NCBI GenBank assembly: GCA_044220955.1
Contig: JBGAQA010000012.1
Coordinates: forward strand, 19,305 to 83,304
Direction of reading: 5' to 3'
Origin: Sandaracinaceae bacterium
Lineage (GTDB): Bacteria; Myxococcota_A; Polyangia; Polyangiales; Sandaracinaceae
DNA: 64,000 nt
Part shown: positions 41,494-53,642 of the stretch, one piece after another
Position numbering within the stretch: the stretch's first letter is position 1
How the letters are laid out: every line of letters begins with the position of its first letter
Translations under genes and position numbers: made by a program
Notes under the pieces: generated by a model
What the model was told of the DNA's origin: nothing
Database searches by the model: none
What the model saw: the letters and a program-made list of their open reading frames with translations, nothing else

Positions 41494-41901
41494 ATGGCCT
41501 TGCGACGCGCGATCCCCGCTTCCCTCTTCCTCTTCGGCGTGCTCGCCGGCTGCGCCGGCACGAGCGCGCCCGTCGACGCCGCGAGCGCGGCCGACGCGGG
41601 CGCGACGACCGACACGGGCGCGGCCGACGTGGGCGCGACGACCGACACGGGCGCGACGACCGACGCGGGCTCTTGCGACCCACAGCCGACCGACCTCTCG
41701 TCGATCGACGCGACCTGCGGCGCCGGCACCAGCGCCTGCCCGAGCGGCTACGTCTGCCAGGCCTTCTCGGGGGCAATCCTGACGCAGTCGTGCCAGATCC
41801 CGTGCGAGCCCGGCGGCTGCCCCTGTCCGGCCACGACGGCGTGCCAGATGCACTCCGACAAGACGGCCGTGCCCTGGTACCAGTGCGACCCGACGCCCTG
41901 A
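41494..41901 (+). CDS. Small Cys-rich lipoprotein with ADAGATTDTG repeats
   Basis: Lipobox LAGC; 33-bp coding repeat near 41585-41670; Cys-rich C-terminal domain. Confidence 0.8.
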   Translation: MALRRAIPASLFLFGVLAGCAGTSAPVDAASAADAGATTDTGAADVGATTDTGATTDAGSCDPQPTDLSSIDATCGAGTSACPSGYVCQAFSGAILTQSCQIPCEPGGCPCPATTACQMHSDKTAVPWYQCDPTP

Positions 41902-42011
41902 CGACGCGCCGAGGACGTGCAGACCCACGTTCGCTCTCCAGGGCTGCCGCGCGGCACGCGGGCGATGATCACGGGCACATCGAGGAGGCGATGGGATCGG
42001 GGCCGCCGACT

Positions 42012-42075
42012 GAATCGCGCACCTACCCCCAGGACGCCTGTGAATCCAGCCGGTTGCGGGGCGTGGAGTGACCCC
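42012..42075 (-). repeat. Solo half-copy (one arm) of the 163-bp element
   Basis: Reverse complement reads GGGGTCACTCCA-N32/33-GGGGGTAGGTGCGCGATTC. Confidence 0.82.
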
Positions 42076-42095
42076 GATCAGTGGGCGCGCCCCGA

Positions 42096-45000
42096 TCAGT
42101 GGGCGGCGCGGCGGGCGGCCGCGGCGTGCGGGCCGCTCGGCGCGGCGTCGAGGTAGTGCTGGTACGCTGCGGCCGCGTCCGCGGAGTGCGCCGCCGTGAG
42201 CACCTCGCCCAGATAGAACCATGCGTCAGGCGTCGCGCCCTCGATCGCGGTCGCCTGCTGCAAGAGGAGCAGCGCCGCCGCCTGGTCGCGGTTGGCCAGC
42301 GCGACACGCGCGCGAAGGACCATGAGGCGCGTGCGCAGCGCGGGCGGACGGATGCGCGTCGTGAGCGAGGTCGTCGCGCGGTCGAGGAGCGGTCCCGCGT
42401 CGCGCTGGCCGTTGGCCGCGGCGAGGTGGAGCTCCGCGCGCCCGAGCAGCGCCTCCGGGAGGTCCGCGTCGATCCCCAGCGCACGATCGTACGCCGTCGC
42501 CGCCGCGTCGCTCTCACCCGCCCCCGCGAGCGCGTCACCGAAGGCCGCGAGCGCCGTGACGGAGGGCGTCTCGACCTCGGTCAGCGGACGCAGCTCGCGC
42601 ACCGCGTCGCCGAAGTGCGCGTGCGCCATCGCGAGGTGCGCGCTCGTCAGGTGCGAGACGGCAGCCTCGCGATCCGCGGCGCGCACCTGCTCCAGCTGGA
42701 CGTCCGCGTCGTCGAGCCGGCCGAGGCCGACGAGCGCCTCGACGCGCCCGAGGCGCCCGGCGAGCGAGAGGGACATGCCCGAGGCGCTGCCCGCCATGCG
42801 GCCGAGCTCGACGTAGAGCGCGTCCGCGCCCGCGTAGTCGCCCGTGTCGAGCAGCAGGCTCGCGAGCGTGACCTTGGCGTCGACGAGCTCGGCCGAGAGC
42901 TCGATCGCGCGCCGCAGGCTCTCCTCGGCGTGCTCGGCGTCGCCGCTCATGCGGTAGGCGCGCCCGATCAAGTAGTGCCCCTCCGCGTCGTCGGGATCGG
43001 TGCGCACCACGACCTCGAGCGCCTCGCGCGCCGCCGTCGCGTCGTGCGCGCGCAGCGCGGCCTCGCCGAGCGCGAGGGCCGGCACGGGGTCGCCGGGGTT
43101 CTCGTGCGCCAGCGTCCGCGCGGCCTCGAGCGTGGGCCCGGGCTCTGCGTTCCCCGCGACGGCGATGCGGATCCGGAGGGCGCGTAGCTCGACCGAAGCG
43201 TCCTCGTGTCCCTCGACGTAGGCGTCGATCGCGCCCGCGGCGGTGGAGAGCGCCTCGTCGCTGCCGACGAGCAGCGACGCGCGAGCCGTCATCGAGAGCA
43301 CGTCCGGATCGTCCGCCGAGAGCTGCGTGAGCACCTGCATCGCGTGCTGGCCGTTGCGGCGGTCGAGGTAGATCGCGGCGAGCAGCTTGCGGAAGTCGGC
43401 GTTCTGCGGCGCGCCGCGGACGGCCTCGGTGGCCGCGTACTCGGCCTGGAGCAGGCGGTTCTCCGCGCGCGCCGCCTGCGCGACCAGGGCGAGCAGGCGC
43501 GGCTCCTGCGCCCCCGCCTGGAGCGCCGCCTCGACGGCCTCGCCGGCCTCGTCGTGGTGTCCCTGCCGCCGGAGCAGGTGCGAGCGCGTCAGGTCGTAGA
43601 GCACGTGGTCCGTCGGCGCGCCGTGCTCGAGGCGCGGCTCGAGCGCCTGCATCGCGTCGAGCCCCGCCGTGACGTCGTCGTCGTCGGCGGTGAGGAAGCC
43701 GCGCCAGAGCTTGGCGCGCAGGTTCTCGGCGTCGTGCGAGAGCACCGCGTCGAGGAGCGCGAGCGCGTCCTCGGGCCGGCCCTCGTCGTGGCGCGCCTCG
43801 GCGAGCGCGATCGCCGCCGCCGCGAGCTGCGGATCGCGCTGCGTGGCTGCCTCGAGCCGCTCGAGCGCATGCTCGTCGCCGAGGCGCTGGCCGAGGCGGC
43901 CGGCGATGTAGAGGATCTGCGCGTCGTCGGGCGCGCCCGCGAGGGCAGCGTCGAGCTCGGTGCGCGCCGCCTCCGCGTTGGCGTTCCCCGCGGCGATGAT
44001 CGCGTTGGCCGCGTGCAGCAGGTTCGGGTCGCCGCCCGAGCGCTCCGCGCGCGCGACCGTCGGCGCGAGGTAGCCGATCTCGAACGCGCCGTCCTCGAGC
44101 GCCCGCTGGGAGTGCACGAAGAGCAGCACCGTGGGGTTCGTGGTCGTGTGGGCGTCGAGGTCGCGCGCCTGGCGCAGGTGGCGCTCCGCGTCGACGAGGT
44201 CCTCGTGGTCGCCCGCGCGTGCCTCGGCGAGCGCCTGCTCGACCAGCCGCGCGGCCTCGGCGTGTCGCTGCCGCACGTATTCCTGCCAGCCGAACCAACC
44301 GCCGACCGCGCCGCCGATGGCGAGCACCCAGACGACCGCGAGCACCCACCCGATCCGGGTGCGCTCGACGCGCGCCTCCTTGCGCGGTGCCCAGATCGCC
44401 GCTTCGCCTGCGGGCGGCTCGAAGATGCCCTCGCGCTGGAGCATCTCGAGGATCGCGTCGGGATCCTCCGCGGCGCCGGCAAGCTCGCCGGTGGGCTCGT
44501 CGGGCGCGGGCTGCGGCGGGGAGCCGTCGTCCGGCGGCGGCGCCCAGCTCGGCACCTCGCCGCTCGGCTCCATCGCGGGCAGACCCTCGAAGGGGCTCGG
44601 CGCGCCGGCGGGCTTGCGGGGCTCGTCGTCGAGCAGCGCCGCGGCGCGCGCAGGCGCGAAGGGCTCGGACAAGGACGCGGGGGCCGCGCCGAACAGAGGC
44701 GACTCGAGCGAGTCCTCGCCCTTCGGTGGCAGCGGGGGCGGCCGGCGCGATGGCGCCTGTCGCGGGCCCTCGCCGGCGCGCGCAGGGGCGTCGAACCCAC
44801 CAGGCGAAGTCGAGGCGTCGATCGCGACGGCCGGCCGGAGCGCGCCCGGCGGCGGCAGCGCGACCGGCGGCAGCTTCTCCTCGACGGTGGGCGGCTCGTC
44901 GCGCGGCGGGGTGACCGGCGCGCGCGCGACCGCCACCCCAGCGCGCGGCGGAGGCATCGCGCGGGACGGAAGCGGCGCGGCCGCGGCGCGCGCGCTGAGC

Positions 45001-45671
45001 GCGGGCCCGACCGTCGTCGGCTCGTCGTCGTCGAGCTCGTCGTGCGACGGGGGCGCTGGCGCCCGCGGGACAGGCGCCGGCCGCCTCTCCGGCGCGGGCG
45101 CCGGGGCGCCGAGCACCTCGTCGGCCTTCTCGCGGGTCACTGCGGCGAGGCGCTCCGAGAGGTCGGGGCGCACCATCGTGCGCTCCTCCCTCGCCTCGCC
45201 GGTCTGGGGCGCGAACGAGCTCCGGCTCGCCTCCGACGCCTTGTCGTGGTCGGTCTCGGCGATCTTCGCGAGCCGCACCGCGCGGTCGTGCAGCGCCTGG
45301 ATCGCGCGATCCGACGCGTCGATGCCCCGCGCTCGCTCGAGCACCTTCGCGGCGCGGGCCGGATCGCCGCGCTTCATCAGCACCTCGCCGAGGAAGCGGT
45401 ACGGCTCCTTGCGCGTCGCTCCGACGCGAGCGGCCTTGAGGAGCGCGGCCTGGGCCTTGAGCAGGTCCCCCCCCACCATCTCGGCGCGCCCCTCGATGAG
45501 CAGCAGGTCCAGGTCCTCCGGGCTCGCGCGCAGACCCGCCGCCGCGATCTCGAGCGCGTCGGCGGTCCGGTTGGCCATCAAGAGATCGCCGGCCAGCTTC
45601 GCGGCATCCTCGCTACCGGGTCGCGTGCGGAACCTGAGGAGGCGCGTATCGAGCTCGTGTCCCGTCGACAC
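42096..45671 (-). CDS. Large TPR-repeat membrane protein
   Basis: N-terminal TPRs, Pro-rich linker, one TM (IGWVLAVVWVLAIGG), many C-terminal TPRs. Confidence 0.88.
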   Translation of the reverse strand: MSTGHELDTRLLRFRTRPGSEDAAKLAGDLLMANRTADALEIAAAGLRASPEDLDLLLIEGRAEMVGGDLLKAQAALLKAARVGATRKEPYRFLGEVLMKRGDPARAAKVLERARGIDASDRAIQALHDRAVRLAKIAETDHDKASEASRSSFAPQTGEAREERTMVRPDLSERLAAVTREKADEVLGAPAPAPERRPAPVPRAPAPPSHDELDDDEPTTVGPALSARAAAAPLPSRAMPPPRAGVAVARAPVTPPRDEPPTVEEKLPPVALPPPGALRPAVAIDASTSPGGFDAPARAGEGPRQAPSRRPPPLPPKGEDSLESPLFGAAPASLSEPFAPARAAALLDDEPRKPAGAPSPFEGLPAMEPSGEVPSWAPPPDDGSPPQPAPDEPTGELAGAAEDPDAILEMLQREGIFEPPAGEAAIWAPRKEARVERTRIGWVLAVVWVLAIGGAVGGWFGWQEYVRQRHAEAARLVEQALAEARAGDHEDLVDAERHLRQARDLDAHTTTNPTVLLFVHSQRALEDGAFEIGYLAPTVARAERSGGDPNLLHAANAIIAAGNANAEAARTELDAALAGAPDDAQILYIAGRLGQRLGDEHALERLEAATQRDPQLAAAAIALAEARHDEGRPEDALALLDAVLSHDAENLRAKLWRGFLTADDDDVTAGLDAMQALEPRLEHGAPTDHVLYDLTRSHLLRRQGHHDEAGEAVEAALQAGAQEPRLLALVAQAARAENRLLQAEYAATEAVRGAPQNADFRKLLAAIYLDRRNGQHAMQVLTQLSADDPDVLSMTARASLLVGSDEALSTAAGAIDAYVEGHEDASVELRALRIRIAVAGNAEPGPTLEAARTLAHENPGDPVPALALGEAALRAHDATAAREALEVVVRTDPDDAEGHYLIGRAYRMSGDAEHAEESLRRAIELSAELVDAKVTLASLLLDTGDYAGADALYVELGRMAGSASGMSLSLAGRLGRVEALVGLGRLDDADVQLEQVRAADREAAVSHLTSAHLAMAHAHFGDAVRELRPLTEVETPSVTALAAFGDALAGAGESDAAATAYDRALGIDADLPEALLGRAELHLAAANGQRDAGPLLDRATTSLTTRIRPPALRTRLMVLRARVALANRDQAAALLLLQQATAIEGATPDAWFYLGEVLTAAHSADAAAAYQHYLDAAPSGPHAAAARRAAH

Positions 45672-45768
45672 GGCGGCATCCTAACAAAGCCGCACCCGCG
45701 AACGGGGACAATCGTGAGGGCCCGGAAGCCGGCGCTCCCCTCGCGTCTGCAGTAGGTTGCGCGGCTCG

Positions 45769-47151
45769 ATGTCCAGCGGCCCGGTCGTCAGTCGCGATGG
45801 GCCGGCGCCGGCGCGCTCGATCCGCGCCGAGCTGCCGATCCTGCTCGCCCTGGCGACGCCGCTGGTGCTGACGAACGCGGGCAACATGCTGCTCGGCCTC
45901 GTCGACGTGGCGGTCGTCGGGCGCCTCGGCGAGGACGCCATCGCGGGCGCAGGGCTCGGCAACGCCATCTTCTTCACCACCGGTCTCTTCGGACTGGGCA
46001 CGCTCTTCGGCCTCGACCCGCTCCTCTCGCAGGCGATCGGCGCCGGCGATCCGAAGCGCGCGCGCGCCGTGCTGACCCAGGGCCTCTGGCTCGCGGCGCT
46101 CCTCTTCGTCCCGCTGGCCGCCGTGATCGCGCTCCTGGCCCTCGCGCTACCCTGGCTCGGCCAGGAGCCGGGCGTCGCCGCGGCCGCCGAGGCGTACGTG
46201 CTCGCGCGCCTGCCGAGCCTGCTCCCGTTCCTGGCGCTGACCGCGGTGCGCGCGTACCTGCAGGCCGTCGGACGCTCGCGCTCGCTCGTGCTCGGGGTCA
46301 TCGCCGCGAACCTCGTGAACCTGCCGGCCGCCATCGTGCTCTCGTTCGGCTGGGATGCCGCCGGCGTCCCCGCGCTCGGCGTTCGCGGCGCCGGGATCGC
46401 CGCCGGCATCGCGACGCTGGTGCAGCTCGCCGTCGCGATCGCGCCGCTGCCCATCCTCGACCGCGAGCGTGGCCACGTGGGGCTCTCACGCGCGATCGAC
46501 CGCGTGCTCTTGCGCGCCGCGTGGCGGCTCGGCGCGCCGATCGGTGCGCAGATCGTGCTCGAGGCAGGCAGCTTCGCCCTCGTCGCGTTCCTCGTCGGAC
46601 ACTTCGGCCGCCTGCCGCTGGGCGCGCACCAGATCGCGCTCTCGTGCGTGAGCTGCACGTTCCAGATCGCCCTCGGCGTCGCGGCGGCGACGAGCGTCCG
46701 CGTCGGCACCGCGGTCGGACACGGCGACGAGCGAGGCGCGCGGGTCGCCGGCGTCACCGGCATCGTCACCGGCGCGACGGGGATGCTCCTCGGCGCGTTG
46801 GTCTTCGGCGCGATGCCGCGCCTGGTCGCGCGCGCGCTCACCGATCGGCCCGAGCTCGTCGAGGCCGCGGTCCCCTTCCTGCTCGTCGCGGCCTGCTTCC
46901 AGCTCTCGGACGGGGTCCAGACCGTCGCCCAGGGCGCGCTACGCGGCGCGGGCGACACGCGCCTGCCGCTCCTCTTGAACGTCCTGGGACACTACGCGAT
47001 CGGTCTGCCGATCGGCATGACGCTCGCGTACGGCATGTCGATCGGCGCCGTCGGGCTCTGGTGGGGCCTGAGCGCCGGCCTGACCGCCGTCGCGATCGCG
47101 ATGACGCTGAGGTTCCTGCGCGTCAGCGGGCGCCCGATCGCCAGGGCCTGA
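45769..47151 (+). CDS. MATE family efflux transporter (NorM-like)
   Basis: LATPLV...VDVAVVGRLG, GAHQIAL, FQLSDGVQ...GALRGAGDT. Confidence 0.94.
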   Translation: MSSGPVVSRDGPAPARSIRAELPILLALATPLVLTNAGNMLLGLVDVAVVGRLGEDAIAGAGLGNAIFFTTGLFGLGTLFGLDPLLSQAIGAGDPKRARAVLTQGLWLAALLFVPLAAVIALLALALPWLGQEPGVAAAAEAYVLARLPSLLPFLALTAVRAYLQAVGRSRSLVLGVIAANLVNLPAAIVLSFGWDAAGVPALGVRGAGIAAGIATLVQLAVAIAPLPILDRERGHVGLSRAIDRVLLRAAWRLGAPIGAQIVLEAGSFALVAFLVGHFGRLPLGAHQIALSCVSCTFQIALGVAAATSVRVGTAVGHGDERGARVAGVTGIVTGATGMLLGALVFGAMPRLVARALTDRPELVEAAVPFLLVAACFQLSDGVQTVAQGALRGAGDTRLPLLLNVLGHYAIGLPIGMTLAYGMSIGAVGLWWGLSAGLTAVAIAMTLRFLRVSGRPIARA

Positions 47152-47190
47152 AGCCCGGGCCCGAAGACCGCCCCGACTGCGCACGGTCCT

Positions 47191-47937
47191 TCAGAAGGCC
47201 GCGCCGCCGTCGACGTCGATGCAGTACCCGTTGAAGTAGTCGCACTCGATCGCGAACTTCACGGCCTTCCAGAGATCCTCCGGCTCGCCGATGCGGCCGA
47301 CGGGGATCGACGCGACGATGGCGTCGCGCGCCTTCTGGTTCATCCCGCGCGTCATCGGCGTCTCGACCATCCCCGGCGCGATGGCGACCGCGCGGATCCC
47401 GAAGGGGGCGAACTCGCGACACCACGTGACGGCGTTCGCGGCGAGCGCCGCCTTGGCGCTCACGTAGTTCGACTGCCCGCGGTTGCCGTGGCGGGCGATC
47501 GAGCTCATCGCGACGACGAGGCCCGGGCGCTGATCGCGGCGCACCATCTCGGCGACGGCGTCACGCACGACCATCGTGGCGCCGGTCAGGTTCACGCCGA
47601 TGACGGCGTTCCACTGGTCGTCGCTCATCACCGAGACCTCGCCCGTCTCGCGGCTCTTCTTCACGAGCAGTCCGTCGCGCAGGATGCCCGCGTTCGAGAT
47701 GACCACGTTGAGGCCGCCCATCGCGTCCGCCGCCCACTTCGCGAGCTCGGCGCTCGCGCCCGGCGCCGAGACGTCGACCTTCTTCTTGAACACCGCCGAC
47801 GGCAGCTCGGCGAGGCCCGCCTCGTTCACGTCGGCCGCGGCGACCTTGCCCCCGCCCTCGGCGATCCGACGCGCGAAGTGCGCTCCCATGCCCGAGCCCG
47901 CACCGGTGACGATGGCCTTGACGTCTTTCAGCTCCAC
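47191..47937 (-). CDS. SDR oxidoreductase (FabG-like)
   Basis: TGAGSGMG, NAGILRD, YVSAK. Confidence 0.93.
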   Translation of the reverse strand: MELKDVKAIVTGAGSGMGAHFARRIAEGGGKVAAADVNEAGLAELPSAVFKKKVDVSAPGASAELAKWAADAMGGLNVVISNAGILRDGLLVKKSRETGEVSVMSDDQWNAVIGVNLTGATMVVRDAVAEMVRRDQRPGLVVAMSSIARHGNRGQSNYVSAKAALAANAVTWCREFAPFGIRAVAIAPGMVETPMTRGMNQKARDAIVASIPVGRIGEPEDLWKAVKFAIECDYFNGYCIDVDGGAAF

Positions 47938-48003
47938 GTTCGGATCTCCCTCGTTGAGGAGGCCGGCATACCGCGCCCCGCGCGCGCGCGGCCGTGCGCG
48001 TGG

Positions 48004-48461
48004 TCACGGGGGCTGGCTCGTCGCGAGGTAGACGATGGGCGCGCCCACCTCGCCGTGGATGCCGTGTGCGCGCTCGGCCTCCGCGATCGCGCCTCGATAG
48101 CCGTCGACGTGGGGCGCCGCGACGGCGATCCCGCGGCGGCCCTCCGGCGCGAGCGGACCGGCTCCAGGCCCCGCCGCCACCCACACCGGCACGGGCGCGT
48201 CGGGCGTCCATCGCGCCGGGACCAGCGGATGCACGGTGAACGCCCCGCCGACGGTCGCTCCCAGATCGGGGCGGAGCGTGCCGCCGACGAGATCGTAGCT
48301 CGCGGCGCCGGGATGTGAGGCCGCGTCCGCGACGGTCGTCCGGACGTCCGCGGGCGCACGCGGAGGTCGCACCCACCGGGACACGCCGAGCGCGGCCACG
48401 AGGAGCGCCGCGACGCCGATCCACGCGAGCGCCCGCGCGCGGCGAGCGGGAACGGGCGCGC

Positions 48462-48465
<4 letters not shown>
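48004..48465 (-). CDS. Small membrane-anchored hypothetical protein
   Basis: GTGA overlap with kinase stop; single TM. Confidence 0.55.
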
Positions 48466-50132
<1,667 letters not shown>

Positions 50133-50139
50133 CACAGGC

Positions 50140-50487
50140 TCAGCCGTCGAGGCTCCCGAAGGGCGTCGTCGCGACCAGCGCGTGCAGCGCCTGGGCCTGC
50201 GCGGAGGTGAGCGCGCGGAACTGCACACCGAAGCCGCCGGGCTTGGTCCAGCGCACCTCGGCCGGCACCTCGAGCGGATCCCACGCCGTCGGCGTGCTGA
50301 ACGTCAGGTAGAGTCGAGTGCCCTCGGACGGCGGATCGGCGGCCTCGACGAACGCGCCCCCCATCGAGAGATCGTGCACGCGGCCGCCCTTCTCGAGGAC
50401 GGCGCCGGGTCGGTCGCGGCGGTAGCTCGCGCGCAGCTCGACCACGGCGCGAGGCCCGGCCCGGAAGTGCGCGTCGTCGGTAGGCAT
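50140..50487 (-). CDS. Stand-alone PilZ domain protein
   Basis: RAGPR (RxxxR) and DLSMGG (DxSxxG), GFGVQF. Confidence 0.9.
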   Translation of the reverse strand: MPTDDAHFRAGPRAVVELRASYRRDRPGAVLEKGGRVHDLSMGGAFVEAADPPSEGTRLYLTFSTPTAWDPLEVPAEVRWTKPGGFGVQFRALTSAQAQALHALVATTPFGSLDG

Positions 50488-50539
50488 CGAGACCGTCCGA
50501 CCTTACCATGCGGTGCGAGCCGCTCTCGCCGTGCGCTTC

Positions 50540-51427
50540 TCAGCCGAGGACCCGTAGGCGCCCCTTGCCATCGGGCGAGAGCTGGGTCGCCGGAGCGGGC
50601 CGCTCGGCGACCCCGTCCGGGGCGATCCCGAGCCGCTGCCAGAGGTCGCGGTCGAGCAGGTGCGTCGCCCGCACGTTCCCGAGCGCGGCGAGCATGCTCT
50701 CCTTCACCTGTGGAGCCGTGTCTTCGAGCCGTGTGAGCAAGGCCTTCACCTCCTTGCGCATGAGCTCGTCCTGGGAGCCGCAGAGGTCGCACGGCAGGAT
50801 CGGGAAGCGCATGAGCTCCGCGAAGCGCGCGATGTCCTTCTCGGCGCAGTACATCAGCGGGCGGATCACCACGTTGCGCCCGTCGTCGCTGCGCAGCTTC
50901 GCCGGCATCGCCTTCAGCGACCCCGTGAACATGAGGTTCAGCATGAGGGTCTCGAGCGCGTCCTCGCGGTGGTGCCCGAGCGCGATGCGCGTGCAGCCGA
51001 GCTCCTCGGCCAGGTTGTAGAGCACGCCGCGGCGCAGGCGCGAGCAGAGGGAGCAGTACGTCTTGTCCCCGTCCGTCCCGAGCTTGTCCGCGACGATGGA
51101 GTAGGTGTCCTCCCGCACGATGCGGTGGGCGTAGCCGTGCTCGCGAAGCCAGCCCTCGAGCGGCGCGCCGTCGTAGCCGGGCTGTCCCTGGTCGAGGTGG
51201 ACGGCCACGATCTCGAACTTGACCGGCGCCTTGCGGCGCAGACGCTCGAGCAGGTGCAGCATCGTGTAGCTGTCCTTGCCCCCGGAGAGGCAGGCCATGA
51301 CGCGATCGCCCTGCCGGACGAGGTCGAAGTCTGCGATGCAGCGCCCGACCGCGCGCTGGAGGTCCCGTTCGCTGCGCTCGAGCTCGTCCACGGCGGCCAG
51401 CCTGACGTCCGGGGCCGTGCGCGGCAA
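50540..51427 (-). CDS. ttcA: tRNA 2-thiocytidine synthetase
   Basis: SGGKDSY, CSLCSRLRRG, GHHRED, PCDLCGSQ. Confidence 0.95.
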   Translation of the reverse strand: MPRTAPDVRLAAVDELERSERDLQRAVGRCIADFDLVRQGDRVMACLSGGKDSYTMLHLLERLRRKAPVKFEIVAVHLDQGQPGYDGAPLEGWLREHGYAHRIVREDTYSIVADKLGTDGDKTYCSLCSRLRRGVLYNLAEELGCTRIALGHHREDALETLMLNLMFTGSLKAMPAKLRSDDGRNVVIRPLMYCAEKDIARFAELMRFPILPCDLCGSQDELMRKEVKALLTRLEDTAPQVKESMLAALGNVRATHLLDRDLWQRLGIAPDGVAERPAPATQLSPDGKGRLRVLG

Positions 51428-51478
51428 CCCCGTCCATTCCGAGGTAGATCACGGGCGCGCCAGCGTAGGAGCACCGTC

Positions 51479-52522
51479 ATGCCGCGTCTCGCACTCACCT
51501 TGGTCCTCGTCTTGCCCGCGCTCGTCGCCGCCGGGTGCCGCCAGCGCAACGACCTGCCAGCCACGATCCGCTGCACGCCTGGAGAGACCGTCGAGATCGG
51601 CTGCGCCGCCGGCTGCGGCCTGGGCATGTGCCAGGGCGATCCCACGCTGCGCTTCTGTGACGGAACGCTGAGCGCGAGCGAGTGCGGCCACGCGACCGAC
51701 ACGACGACGTTCGCGATGATCGACGACACGTCGTGCGGCGGCTTGTGCCCGTTCGGACGCATCACCTGCCCGCCCTCGGGCGCCGTGACGGTCGTCCCCG
51801 GCACCGCGAGCGGCAGCAGCGCCTCGTGCGCCTGGGCGGCCGACAACCTCGGCGTGCTCCCGCCCGGGGGCCGCGGCGCCGAGATCATCACGTGCACCGC
51901 GGGCGCCCCCGTGCGCGTCGGCTGCTCGGACGCGTGTGGCATCGGGCACTGCGCCTCGAGCACCGCGCGCATCCGGATCTGCGACGGCGTCGTCACCACG
52001 GGCGACTGCCAGAGCGGACCGCTCGGCCACTGGGTGCTCGACGTGACGACGGCGTCGAGCGGCAGCGACTGCGACTTCCGCTGCCCCGAGGCCGTCGTGA
52101 CCTGCCCGAGCTCGGGAATGCTGACGGTGTCCCCGTCGGCGATCGGCAGCGCGGCCGACTACTGGTGTCAGTGGGAGGCGGTCGAGCCGCCCCACCACGC
52201 GGACGACGTGGTGTCGTGCTCGCCCGGCGCACGCCTGGTGGTGGGCTGCGCGGCGGGCTGCAACGCGGGGGCGTGCGTAGGCCGCGGAGGCATCCGCGTG
52301 TGCGACGGCGGCATCACCGCGGCGGAGTGCCGCACCACGACGACGCGCCTCGGCGACTCGTTCGGCAGCTCCTCGTGCGACGACGCGTGCCCGGAGACGG
52401 TGGTGGTCTGCCCCGCGTCCGGCGCGCTCACCGTGGTGTCCGGCGCGAGCTTCTCGAGCGCCGACCCGGCCGAGGGGTTCGCGTGCGACTGGGTCGTGCG
52501 CGCGGCCGGCCTCGGCGAATAG
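51479..52522 (+). CDS. Lipoprotein with three tandem Cys-rich domains
   Basis: Lipobox AAGC; three ~100-aa repeats C-x-x-G...GC...C..G.C...CDG...CP...CP.SG...C.W. Confidence 0.85.
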   Translation: MPRLALTLVLVLPALVAAGCRQRNDLPATIRCTPGETVEIGCAAGCGLGMCQGDPTLRFCDGTLSASECGHATDTTTFAMIDDTSCGGLCPFGRITCPPSGAVTVVPGTASGSSASCAWAADNLGVLPPGGRGAEIITCTAGAPVRVGCSDACGIGHCASSTARIRICDGVVTTGDCQSGPLGHWVLDVTTASSGSDCDFRCPEAVVTCPSSGMLTVSPSAIGSAADYWCQWEAVEPPHHADDVVSCSPGARLVVGCAAGCNAGACVGRGGIRVCDGGITAAECRTTTTRLGDSFGSSSCDDACPETVVVCPASGALTVVSGASFSSADPAEGFACDWVVRAAGLGE

Positions 52523-52537
52523 GAGCGCGTCGCCGGC

Positions 52538-52873
52538 TCACGCCTCGCGGGGCCGCGAGGCGACCCCACGGTCCTGCCGCTCGTCGCGCCGTCGGCGGCG
52601 CCGGTACCCGCGATGAACGAACCCGCCCTCCCCGCCGGTCCCGGCGAACGCGAAGAACCACGCGATCACGCAGAGCACCGGGTTGGTGTCCCAGTAGACG
52701 CTCGTCGCCAGGATCGCCACGAGCAGGTGCGGGCAGAAGATCCAGCCCAGCCACGAGAGGACGCCGAAGGGCCCGCCCACGAAGAGCAGCGTGATCCGCG
52801 GGAACACCACCAGCCCGACGAGGATCAGCCAGCCCCACTCGGCGTGGGCGGCGAAGAAGTCGGCGTGGTGCAT
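52538..52873 (-). CDS. Small membrane protein
   Basis: FPRITLL...WLGWIFCPH...YWDTNP hydrophobic protein. Confidence 0.75.
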   Translation of the reverse strand: MHHADFFAAHAEWGWLILVGLVVFPRITLLFVGGPFGVLSWLGWIFCPHLLVAILATSVYWDTNPVLCVIAWFFAFAGTGGEGGFVHRGYRRRRRRDERQDRGVASRPREA

Positions 52874-52922
52874 GACTGCGGGTGCCTACGCACACGGGCC
52901 TCGGTCGCCACGCGCGCCTCGC

Positions 52923-53543
52923 TCAGCGTCCCCAGCTAGCCTGCACGCGCCCGATCGCCAGCGCGTGCTGTCGCAGCATGAAGCGCGCGAGCGCGCCGGT
53001 CCCGCCCGCCGGCACGCCGAGCGTCGCCGTGTCCAGCGCGTACACGGTGATCTCGTAGCGGTGCGCAGGCCCGGGGGGCGGGCACGGACCGCCGTAGCCG
53101 TTGGCGCCGAAGTCCGTGTAGGCCTGCACGGTGCCGGCGGGCATCCCACCCTCCGCGCTCGAAGCGCCCTCCACGAGCGAGGTCGTGGTCGTCGGGATGT
53201 CGGTGACGATCCAGTGGAAGAACCCGACGCCCGTGGGCGCGTCCGGGTCGTGCATGACGATCGCGTAGCTCAACGTCCCAGCGGGGCCCGCGGTCCACGT
53301 GAGCGCCGGGCTCTGGTTGCCGCCGGTGCAGCCGAAGCCGTCGAACACCTGCGCGGCGGCGAACCGGCCCTCGGTCGTGCCGCCGAGGGTGACGGTGATC
53401 GACTCCGGCGCGGTGATCGGCTCGCGCAGCATGTCGCCGCCCGAGGTGGCCGCGGCGCTCGACGCCGCGCTCGAGTCCGGACAGCTCGAGCCGCACGCGG
53501 ACAGGATGAGGAGGAGGATACCGACCGAGATCGCCTTCTGCAT
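52923..53543 (-). CDS. YbhB/YbcL family (PEBP/RKIP-like) lipoprotein
   Basis: GGNQSPAL, HDPDAPTG.GFFHW, YGGPCPP, HRY. Confidence 0.93.
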   Translation of the reverse strand: MQKAISVGILLLILSACGSSCPDSSAASSAAATSGGDMLREPITAPESITVTLGGTTEGRFAAAQVFDGFGCTGGNQSPALTWTAGPAGTLSYAIVMHDPDAPTGVGFFHWIVTDIPTTTTSLVEGASSAEGGMPAGTVQAYTDFGANGYGGPCPPPGPAHRYEITVYALDTATLGVPAGGTGALARFMLRQHALAIGRVQASWGR

Positions 53544-53642
53544 GCGCGCGATGGTGCGCGCGCCGCGCGAAAAGGGGAAGGCGCTGCGCGGGCTGGATCT
53601 CGACGCGGGAGCGCGTAGACCCGGACGCAGGTCACCGGCCGC

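Noticed and set aside
43206..45755. Very long antisense or alternate-frame ORFs (also 13785-16241, 60154-62604, 8102-10432 and the 5' part of 52923-55676)
   Set aside because: Shadow ORFs expected from high GC and codon bias; Arg/Ala/Pro-rich with no motifs, and they overlap well-supported genes
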